A DNA stretch of 64,000 nt from Anaerolineales bacterium (lineage in GTDB: Bacteria > Chloroflexota > Anaerolineae > Anaerolineales > UBA4823). Below the pieces are notes generated by a model. That model was not told the DNA's origin. It made no database searches and saw only the letters and a program-made list of their open reading frames with translations. The stretch covers positions 342-64,341 of the forward strand of contig DAOUET010000001.1 in the NCBI GenBank assembly GCA_034430155.1. The letters are read 5' to 3'. Shown here piece by piece: positions 46,263 to 53,629 of the stretch. Each line of letters opens with the position of its first letter. Within the stretch, counting starts at the first letter, position 1. A program made the translations under genes and the position numbers.

Positions 46263-46278
46263 TGCAAGATTGGGGCCA
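46263..46278 (-). promoter_or_regulatory. Weaker sigma-54-like element upstream of the lipoprotein gene
   Basis: The minus strand reads TT-TGGCCC-CAATC-TTGCA-TC. GG-N10-GC spacing and the full -12 TTGCA are kept, with one mismatch in the -24 hexamer. It lies 68 nt upstream of ATG 46195. Confidence 0.3.
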
Positions 46279-46344
46279 AAATCGAACGAAGAGCCAATTA
46301 GCTGCAGTGCAATGGACAAAGGCTATCCTGCTTGAGATGACTCA

Positions 46345-46530
46345 TCACCAGGTATCAAAGTATTCAAGCCCATGATACCAAGACAGGGTATTCGGGTCGA
46401 AGCCCATACGTTGACAATAACGTTCTTCAATCCCTCGACCGCGCAACCCCGGCGATACAAAGAAAGGCAACAAGAACTCGTGGAAAGGATCGCTAAACCC
46501 AGCGTTCTCAAAATCGATGATGCCTGCCAA
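46345..46530 (-). pseudogene. 3' remnant of an APH/choline-kinase-type phosphotransferase gene
   Basis: Only the last ~60 codons are present (IIDFENAGFSDP...). This corresponds to the Mg-binding DFE/DFG segment onward. The catalytic-loop region and everything N-terminal are absent, because the tRNA-Arg terminator abuts it. Confidence 0.5.
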
Positions 46531-46536
46531 CTAGCG

Positions 46537-46562
46537 AAATCGGTCGCAATTGCGACCGATTT
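46537..46562 (-). terminator. Perfect 26-nt palindrome just 3' of tRNA-Arg
   Basis: AAATCGGTCGCAATTGCGACCGATTT, an 11-bp stem with an AATT loop. It starts 8 nt after the tRNA 3' end and its 3' arm ends in TTT on the minus strand. Confidence 0.6.
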
Positions 46563-46569
46563 TGAGTCA

Positions 46570-46641
46570 TACCCCCACCGCGACTCGAACGCGGGTATCT
46601 GCCTCCGGAGGGCAGCGCTCTATCCACTGAGCTATGGGGGC
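46570..46641 (-). tRNA. tRNA-Arg (anticodon CCG)
   Basis: The reverse complement is GCCCCCATAGCTCAGTGGATAGAGCGCTGCCCTCCGGAGGCAGATACCCGCGTTCGAGTCGCGGTGGGGGTA. The anticodon stem is CTGCC/GGCAG with loop CTCCGGA (CCG). The T arm is CCGCG-TTCGAGT-CGCGG. There is a G1-U72 wobble, and CCA is not encoded. Confidence 0.88.
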
Positions 46642-46677
46642 AAACAGCGACTAGATTTTACCATGAGTTCATAGAGG

Positions 46678-47313
46678 TCACTTGAGTATCAGTTTTGTTC
46701 GGGTCAGAGAGACTGAATGCGATGAGATCCCCAGGGCATCCAGGACTTCTTCAGGTCGCCCGGTGGCGCCTTCCCTGGCGGAAAGGCGCATGGACAGGCG
46801 TTGGCAGCCTGCAGCGGTATCGGGTAGCCTGGAGAGGTTTTCGATTAACGGACGAAGGTCATAGCCTCTACCGCGGCGCTCACGGTTAAGGTGATCCTCA
46901 GAAAGCAAGATTGCGAGCCGGTTATCAAGGTCGATAACAGACTCTAAGATTTCAGCAGCATACTCCGCAGCAGTGATCTGGGTTGGAAGGGCGGCTTCTT
47001 GTAAACCGACTTGCTCGAGATGGTAAATTGTAACCCCTGGGGGCAGAGTACTCTGAAGGGCGCTGAGAACTTCAGAAATTGGCATTCCTTTCTCCAACCA
47101 GACATCAAGGATTTCACCCAGACTAGTTATGCCCAGAGGAAGAGCGCAGGCTAGAATAATTTTTGGGCGGGGATTATATCCCTGGCTGTAGGCGAGAGGC
47201 AAACCTGCCCGACGGAAAGTACGTTCCCAAGTACGGTGGAGATCCAGATGGCTGGTATATCGCATCGCTTCGGTTTTGGAAAAGGTGATGCGCAGTCGGA
47301 TTTGGTTGGTCAT
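46678..47313 (-). CDS. TIGR03936-family (DUF2344) radical-SAM-associated protein
   Basis: 211 aa. IRLRITFSKTEAMRYTSHLDLHRTWERTFRRAGLPLAYSQGYNPRPK is the family's signature N-terminus. It lies directly downstream of its usual radical SAM partner. Confidence 0.85.
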   Translation of the reverse strand: MTNQIRLRITFSKTEAMRYTSHLDLHRTWERTFRRAGLPLAYSQGYNPRPKIILACALPLGITSLGEILDVWLEKGMPISEVLSALQSTLPPGVTIYHLEQVGLQEAALPTQITAAEYAAEILESVIDLDNRLAILLSEDHLNRERRGRGYDLRPLIENLSRLPDTAAGCQRLSMRLSAREGATGRPEEVLDALGISSHSVSLTRTKLILK

Positions 47314-47349
47314 GGATGGCAGGCGGTTTGGATGGCTCGATCTTAGAGG

Positions 47350-49236
47350 TTAATCAAGGACTGCGACTTGCTCGATGAGGATGGTGTTGGACTTATCCCC
47401 TTTCCTCCTTGATTTAACCTCGGGACATCCCCAGGCTTTGCCAGGATGTTCGCGGCGAATATCAGCGAAGGTAGGCAAGATGCCACAGGCGAAGCATTGA
47501 TTACGGCAATCAACCCGGGTATCTCCGGCTTGGCTCCAGAGATAATCCTCGGTGAGGAATTTCTTCCGGATGGTCGTACTGATATGTTCCCAAGGAAAGG
47601 TTTCGTCGATTGGGCGCTGGCGGTGGGTATAAAAGGCGGGATCGAGTCCCAAGGCTGTAAATGCCTCCCGCCAGGCCTGGAAGTTAAAATGCTCATGCCA
47701 GGCGTCGAATTTAGCGCCGTTCATCCAAGCCTGGTAGATGACTTGAGCCAGGCGCCGGTCTCCCCGTGACAGCCAGGCCTCTAACATGGTCTCTTCTGGA
47801 TTGTTCCAATTGAGTTTAAGACCTTTGCCACGCAGTTGACGCTTCAATAAATCTTGTTTGGCACGGATGTTCTCGACGGTATCACACGATACCCATTGGA
47901 AAGGGGTATGAGGTTTAGGGACAAATGTGCTGACACCGGCATGGACTTTTGCGCGGTTCCCAAGGACTTTTCGTCCTTCAGCGAGGACGGCTTTACACAA
48001 ATCAGCAATAGCCTGGACGTCATTTATAGTTTCAGAGGGGTGACCGATCATAAAATAAAGCTTGATGGTCGTCCAGCCGCGCGAATAGATTTCACGGGCG
48101 GTATCCAGGAGCTGGGGAGTACTCACCGGTTTATTGATGATCTCGCGCATCTTTTCGGTGGCGGCTTCAGGCGCCAGGGTAAAACCAGCGCGGCGACCGT
48201 CTTTTAGGGCGTCCATGAGATCGACGGAAACGGTCTCGATGCGCAATGATGGCAATGATATAGTGAGGTGCTGGCCCGTGAAACGTTCACTGATGGCACG
48301 AACCAAGTCAACCACATGGGTGTAATCTGATGAAGAGAGAGATAATAGGCCTACTTCTTCAAAACCAGTCTGCGCCAAAGCTCCTTCGATGGCTGTCACC
48401 ACCTCCTCAACAGAACGCTCGCGCACCGGCCGGGTGACCATGCCAGCATGACAGAAGCGACAGCCGCGCGTGCATCCTCGCATGATTTCAATCGGAACGC
48501 GGTTGTGCACCGTGTTGATATATGGCACGATGAAGCGAGTAACCGGCGGGGGTAGCTGGGGGACAATGCGTTTGGTGACAGGCAAGGGCGCGGCCTCGAG
48601 CTGCTTGGTCAGATGGGAAAAGGTGCCGTCGGGATGATAATGGGCTTCGTAAAAGGCTGGCACATATACTCCCCAGAGGTTTGCTAATGCTTCAAGTAAT
48701 TCGGGGCGAGGAGCAGCGCTGCGCCGCCACTCCTGGTAAGTGTCAACGATCTCGTGGATAACTTCTTCACCCTCACCGATCACAAAGGCGTCGATGAAAG
48801 CATGCATTGGCTCCGGATTGAAAGTGGCGTGACCACCAGCAATTATTAAGGGATGCTGGGTAGTACGTTCAGCCGAGAACAGGGGAATACCAGCCAGATC
48901 TAGCGCATTTAGGGTGTTGGTGAATAAGGTTTCGTATGGTAAGGAAAAACCGATGATGTCGAAATCAGCGAGAGGGTGTTTGGTTTCTAGTGAATAAAGG
49001 GGTATAGCAGCTGCCCGCATGGCGTTTTCCATGTCAGACCAGGGGCAAAAAGCGCGCTCAGCCAGGGTGTCATGGCGCTGGTTCAGCTGGTCGTAGAGGA
49101 TGGCCAGGCCCAAGTTGGACATTCCTAGATCGTAGATTTCGGGAAACACTAGAGCCACACGAGTTTCGGTAGCGTCCCAATTTTTTACGATTTGATTGAG
49201 TTCTCCACCGGTATAACGACCCGGTTTTTGAACCAT
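47350..49236 (-). CDS. TIGR03960-family B12-binding-domain radical SAM protein
   Basis: The family N-terminus (V.KPGRYTGGELN) begins at ATG 49236. The radical SAM cluster motif is RGCTRGCRFCHAGM. The 5' ORF extension to 49521 overlaps ndk and is rejected, although a non-ATG start a few codons upstream of 49236 is possible. Confidence 0.85.
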   Translation of the reverse strand: MVQKPGRYTGGELNQIVKNWDATETRVALVFPEIYDLGMSNLGLAILYDQLNQRHDTLAERAFCPWSDMENAMRAAAIPLYSLETKHPLADFDIIGFSLPYETLFTNTLNALDLAGIPLFSAERTTQHPLIIAGGHATFNPEPMHAFIDAFVIGEGEEVIHEIVDTYQEWRRSAAPRPELLEALANLWGVYVPAFYEAHYHPDGTFSHLTKQLEAAPLPVTKRIVPQLPPPVTRFIVPYINTVHNRVPIEIMRGCTRGCRFCHAGMVTRPVRERSVEEVVTAIEGALAQTGFEEVGLLSLSSSDYTHVVDLVRAISERFTGQHLTISLPSLRIETVSVDLMDALKDGRRAGFTLAPEAATEKMREIINKPVSTPQLLDTAREIYSRGWTTIKLYFMIGHPSETINDVQAIADLCKAVLAEGRKVLGNRAKVHAGVSTFVPKPHTPFQWVSCDTVENIRAKQDLLKRQLRGKGLKLNWNNPEETMLEAWLSRGDRRLAQVIYQAWMNGAKFDAWHEHFNFQAWREAFTALGLDPAFYTHRQRPIDETFPWEHISTTIRKKFLTEDYLWSQAGDTRVDCRNQCFACGILPTFADIRREHPGKAWGCPEVKSRRKGDKSNTILIEQVAVLD

Positions 49237-49429
49237 TGGTAAGATCCTTTGTAGGTGGAGATTGATTTCTTGGGGAGAGGACACCGTTAAATCCTTTGAC
49301 TGGCTACTAGAATAACCGAATGGAAGAAAGAGGATATTAGGAGAGATTATATCAAAATAATTAAAAGGGTTTGGAGGCTTACTCAGCTGATCCAAACCCG
49401 GGGTGAAAAGCGCTGAAAACTCTAGAAGA

Positions 49430-49879
49430 TCATTCAAATATCCATGGATCGAGTGAACGTTGCCAGGAAACCAATTCCTCGTTCTTGAACCATAGGGATA
49501 CTTCAGCCTTCCCATTTTCAAGTGAATCGGAGGCGTGGGTTAAATTACGTCCCACTTCCAGAGCAAAGTCGTGCCGGATGGATCCTGGGGAAGCTTCGGT
49601 CGGTCGAGTCGACCCCATCGTCTGGCGAACGGCGGTGATGGCGTTAGGACCTTCCCAAACCATGGCCATCACCGGCGCAGAGGTGATGTACCTGATCAAG
49701 CCGTTATAAAAAGATTTTCCTTTATGAATAGCATAGTGGGTTTCGGCTAAATCCTGGCTGACATTCATGAATTTTCCTGCGACGAGCCGTAATCCCCGCC
49801 GCTCGAGCCGTGAGACGATTTCTCCGATCAGTCCCCGCTGAACACCATCAGGTTTCACAAGCACCAGAGTACGTTCCAA
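49430..49879 (-). CDS. ndk: Nucleoside diphosphate kinase
   Basis: 149 aa. MERTLVLVKPDGVQRGLIGEI is present, with the active-site block N.THASDS. Confidence 0.95.
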   Translation of the reverse strand: MERTLVLVKPDGVQRGLIGEIVSRLERRGLRLVAGKFMNVSQDLAETHYAIHKGKSFYNGLIRYITSAPVMAMVWEGPNAITAVRQTMGSTRPTEASPGSIRHDFALEVGRNLTHASDSLENGKAEVSLWFKNEELVSWQRSLDPWIFE

Positions 49880-49967
49880 GTTTTCCTCCAGAGATCCTCG
49901 GGATTGATGAGGCGTGTATTTGTTTCTCCAGACATGGATATCACTATCTCTTCTTCACTAAACGCTT

Positions 49968-52900
49968 CTATTGAAGCAGCTCTTCTGCTTTCGTATAGGC
50001 ATCCAGGGCTTTCTGGAGATGGTCGCCACGCAAGTAAGCATCTCCCAATAATTGTAAAATATCCAGGTTCTGAGGTTGATGAGCAACCATTTCCTCTAAA
50101 TCGGGAATGATATCATCTAAGAGTTTACCTTCCTCAACCAGACCGGCATAGCAATCCAAAGCCTCATGGAGGTTTTCCTCTACGAGAGCGTTGCGAGCTT
50201 CGGCCAGGCGTTGGAGAGCCGGGTCCTGAGTAATGGCTTGCTCTTCTTCCACCACATCCACTTCGAGCCAGTTTTTAAAGTTTTCCAGGATAACCGGACC
50301 AATTCCAGGTACGTTCTGCAATTGCTCAAGGCTGGTAAAGGGACCATTAGTCTGGCGATAAGTGACGATGCTTTTAGCAGTAACGCTGCCTATGCCAGGG
50401 ATATGTTCCAATTGGGAAAATGAGGCTGAATTAATTGGGATGTGAGGGATTGATTCGGGAATAGCTGCCACAGGTGGCTCTTCCTCTTCTGGCTCTTCGG
50501 GCTGTACTTCAATCTCGGTGACCTCTTCAACTTCGATGATCTCTTCCGGGGGAACCTCTAGCTCCTCAAGAACAGCAGTAGGTGGGTACTCTTCCGGTTC
50601 TTCTTCTTCGAATTCCTGTAACCATTCAGGGATCTGCTCCAATTCCTCGATTTCTTCCGCTTCGGTGGTTGGTACTATTGGAGGCTCTTGTGGAGCTGGC
50701 TCAATGCTTTCTTCGCCAACCCATTCGGGCGTTTCAATGGATTCCGGGACAGACCCGGTGATAGCGGGGGTCTGTGGTTCAACTTCCTCTTCGAAGGGCA
50801 CTTGTTCGGCTTGAATTTCTGTTTCAACTTGGGGAGCAAATGGTTCTACAACTTCTAAGGGTTCAGCTGAGACGATTTCATCTTCGCTCCAACTGGCCTC
50901 TTCTTCTGGTATTTCAGGTGTGACCCGGACAGGCTGGGTATCACCTTCAATCATTTCAGTGACTTGGTAAATTGTTCCGGATTCCGGGGTGGAAGTAAGC
51001 TGCGGGGCGATCTCTTCCATACTTGGAACTTCCTGATCGGCTTCAGTCGTCCAATCACCAATTTCGAGCTCACCACTCTCGGCTTCCTCTCCTATACCGC
51101 TCAGCCATTCGGGGATATCGAAATCTCCAGGGGGTTCTGTCGAGACGCTTTCGGTTTCTAGGTCTGCTTCCAAAGGTGTGCTTTCAATAGGTTCCTGGAT
51201 GCCTTCCGGGGGAGATTCCCCTTCCATAGCAGACAACCATTCTGGGAGACTCTCTGCTTCTTCATCAGATTCGACTTCTGTCAAGGATGCAGCTTGTAAC
51301 CAGTCGTGAAGTGGTTCTTCTTCGATTTCCCCAGCTTCTAAGGGGGATGGTTCCTCGGAAAATTCACCTGCAACCATCTCCTGAGAAAATTTCGACAACC
51401 ATTCAGGTGGTGTTTCGAAACGCTCTTCAGGAGAGCTGAACAGCTCTTCTTCTGGGGCACCCTGTTTAGCTGCTAAACCCTCCAACCATGCCAGGGCAGA
51501 TTCTTGATCTTCACGATCAAGATCAGATATCGAAGCTGTTTCGATTTCAGGGGGTTCAGCGGTCTCGGAATCGAAGGTCTCTACCAGTTCGGGTTCTGGT
51601 ACTGGTGGTTGTTCTTCTTTGGCGGATTCATCGCTCATGCTTTGTAACCACTCTGGGGTTTCAAATTCCTCTCCAGATTGATCGGCTTCTTCTTGCATCC
51701 ATTCCGGGATTTGCTCTTCTTCGGGCTGTTGGCCAAGATCCTCGACCTCAGGTAATTCAGCCGCGACCTGCGGGGTTTCATCAGCAGTTGCTTCGACCTC
51801 CTCTTCGGGTGTTGGCTCACTTTCCTCTTGAGATGCCTCACTCATTTGCTTTAACCATTCTGGGACTTCGGGACTTTCTATCGCACCACTGGTCTCAGTC
51901 GACAACCATTCGGAGAGCTGCTCCTCGTCGGCTTCAAAGGGAGTTGCATCTACCAGGATTTCTTCTTCTTCAGGAATTTGCTCCTCAATGTCTCCAGGCA
52001 CACCAGCGCCAATATCTTGCAGCCAGGCAGGCATTTCTGGTTCACCTTCTGGAGTTTCCCCTGTAAAGAGGTCAGATTGATCATCGACCGGCTGACCCTC
52101 GCCTATTTCTTGAAGCCACCCAGGAATTTCTTCTCCTTGTTCGGGAGCTTGCTCTTTCAGAAAATCGGGTTGGTAAGCAGCTTGATCGCCCTCAGCACCA
52201 GCTTTTGGAGGCGCCATCGAACGCAACCATTCTGGAATTTCACCGGGTTCCAACCCTTCTGGGCTTTCACCTTCAAAATCAAATGGGATAGGAGATTCTC
52301 CTTCTTCACCAGTACCATCTTCGCTTATCGTCTCTTCAGCTCCTTCCATCTTTATTTCAGGTTCTAATTCACGCTCAGGTTCAACAAAACTAGTGTCTTC
52401 CTGCGTAGCAGGAGTGCCCTCGAAAGATCCAACCTCACTTTCGAAGGGTGGGGTCTCACCAAGGGGCGAAGAAAGCCATTCTGGTAAACCTTTACCCACA
52501 GGAGTAAGGTCGGAAACGTCAACCCCGAGCGAAGTAGCCCAATCAGGTTGCTCCGATATGCTGGGAATCTGTTCCTGGATGGATCCATCGTACTTATCGA
52601 TACTGATGGCAGCATCCGGAACCTGGTCGGCAGCTGGAATCTGGGGAGAGGTGAAGGCTGCGTACGGATCGAGAGCTTGCACCCGTTGTAAATATGCCTG
52701 CGCATCACCAGCACGTTCAGTTCCTGGCAAGATTTGAGCCAGGATTTGGTTGGCTTCCAGGCAGTAGGGCAGCTTGCTGAGCAGGGTACTGCAAGTCTCA
52801 GCGGATTCCAAGCGTTGACCTGTCTGGAGGTACATACGGGCAAGAAGGACTTGGAGATCAGGCCTTTGGGGATCTTCAGCCAGGGCAGCACGCAACTCTG

Positions 52901-53351
52901 AGATAGCTTGTTGATAAAGGCTCCCTCTGGCATACATGCGAGCGAGAGCACCGCGGGTCAGATGGATTTTTGGAGGTTGTATGCCATCTCGCCGGCCGTA
53001 AAGACGTTTGAGTTCATCTTGAATGGTTAGGTTTGAAGGCTGACTCTCAAAAGCACGTTCCATATGCCAGATGGCGGCATCCAGATTACCCTCGTCCTCT
53101 CGGATGATGCTCATCCCGATATGAGAAACGAAATCATCGGGCACCGAGGATAGCACCCGCTGAAGAATATCAGCGGCGTCAGCGTATCGTTTCTTCTCCA
53201 GGTACGCTTTCCCGAGGAGACGGTAGGTTGCTACCTCCTTGGGATAGATTTGTAAGATATAGCGACAATGAGCGATAGCTTCATCTATACCAGCGCTATC
53301 GATTAGATGATCAATCTCACGTAGATATGCTCTCAAAGAAATTTTTGCCAT
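49968..53351 (-). CDS. TPR / acidic PEWL-repeat / ComEA-type helix-hairpin-helix / TPR protein
   Basis: 1127 aa. N-terminal TPRs span ~residues 1-250. A ~650-aa Glu/Pro-rich region carries 15 (I/L)PEWL-type motifs. The tandem HhH is LEHIPGIGSVTAKSIVTYRQTNGPFTSLEQLQNVPGIGPVILENF. A C-terminal TPR pair follows. Confidence 0.8.
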   Translation of the reverse strand: MAKISLRAYLREIDHLIDSAGIDEAIAHCRYILQIYPKEVATYRLLGKAYLEKKRYADAADILQRVLSSVPDDFVSHIGMSIIREDEGNLDAAIWHMERAFESQPSNLTIQDELKRLYGRRDGIQPPKIHLTRGALARMYARGSLYQQAISELRAALAEDPQRPDLQVLLARMYLQTGQRLESAETCSTLLSKLPYCLEANQILAQILPGTERAGDAQAYLQRVQALDPYAAFTSPQIPAADQVPDAAISIDKYDGSIQEQIPSISEQPDWATSLGVDVSDLTPVGKGLPEWLSSPLGETPPFESEVGSFEGTPATQEDTSFVEPERELEPEIKMEGAEETISEDGTGEEGESPIPFDFEGESPEGLEPGEIPEWLRSMAPPKAGAEGDQAAYQPDFLKEQAPEQGEEIPGWLQEIGEGQPVDDQSDLFTGETPEGEPEMPAWLQDIGAGVPGDIEEQIPEEEEILVDATPFEADEEQLSEWLSTETSGAIESPEVPEWLKQMSEASQEESEPTPEEEVEATADETPQVAAELPEVEDLGQQPEEEQIPEWMQEEADQSGEEFETPEWLQSMSDESAKEEQPPVPEPELVETFDSETAEPPEIETASISDLDREDQESALAWLEGLAAKQGAPEEELFSSPEERFETPPEWLSKFSQEMVAGEFSEEPSPLEAGEIEEEPLHDWLQAASLTEVESDEEAESLPEWLSAMEGESPPEGIQEPIESTPLEADLETESVSTEPPGDFDIPEWLSGIGEEAESGELEIGDWTTEADQEVPSMEEIAPQLTSTPESGTIYQVTEMIEGDTQPVRVTPEIPEEEASWSEDEIVSAEPLEVVEPFAPQVETEIQAEQVPFEEEVEPQTPAITGSVPESIETPEWVGEESIEPAPQEPPIVPTTEAEEIEELEQIPEWLQEFEEEEPEEYPPTAVLEELEVPPEEIIEVEEVTEIEVQPEEPEEEEPPVAAIPESIPHIPINSASFSQLEHIPGIGSVTAKSIVTYRQTNGPFTSLEQLQNVPGIGPVILENFKNWLEVDVVEEEQAITQDPALQRLAEARNALVEENLHEALDCYAGLVEEGKLLDDIIPDLEEMVAHQPQNLDILQLLGDAYLRGDHLQKALDAYTKAEELLQ
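50550..52515 (-). repeat. In-frame coding repeat region: 15 copies of acidic spacer + x-P-E-W-L-x motif
   Basis: The motifs, in order, are LPEWLSS, IPEWLRS, IPGWLQE, MPAWLQD, LSEWLST, VPEWLKQ, IPEWMQE, TPEWLQS, ALAWLEG, PPEWLSK, LHDWLQA, LPEWLSA, IPEWLSG, TPEWVGE and IPEWLQE. Variable-length E/P/S/T-rich spacers separate them. Coordinates are approximate. Confidence 0.7.
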
Positions 53352-53548
53352 TTTTATACTCCCTATCCTTGGTGGTAAGGGGATATTCAGGGTGTGTCGC
53401 TCTTAAATATATCCATTCATTAGTATGCCCTATTCTACATGAAGATGCAAGGAAAATTTTAATAATTTTCGCGAATCTTTATTTCAGATGCACGAAATAT
53501 ACCAAACTGGCAAATCACAATTTCTAAACACATCCAAATCCTTGTGTA

Positions 53549-53584
53549 TAAAAAAGGCTCCCCGCAGGTTCTTTCAGGGAGCCC
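53549..53584 (-). terminator. Intrinsic terminator of hppA
   Basis: On the minus strand, GGCTCCC ... GGGAGCC forms a stem followed by TTTTTTAT, ~45 nt after the hppA stop. Confidence 0.7.
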
Positions 53585-53629
53585 TTCAATGGCCGCAAAT
53601 CAGGAAGACAGGATTAAGTGAATCAAGAG

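Noticed and set aside
49237-49521. N-terminal 95-codon extension of the radical SAM ORF (the track gives 47350..49521).
   Set aside because: The extension overlaps the 3' end of the well-supported ndk gene (49430-49879) on the same strand. Its sequence is non-conserved-looking. The family's canonical N-terminus (V.KPGRYTGGELN) begins at the internal ATG at 49236.
50166-52951. A cluster of 85-195-aa ORFs on both strands (for example 51488..52066 +, 51978..52367 +, 52364..52951 -, 52393..52737 +).
   Set aside because: All lie inside the 1127-aa acidic-repeat gene. GAA/GAG/CCx-rich periodic sequence keeps alternative frames open. Their translations are low-complexity Ser/Leu/Arg/Phe strings.
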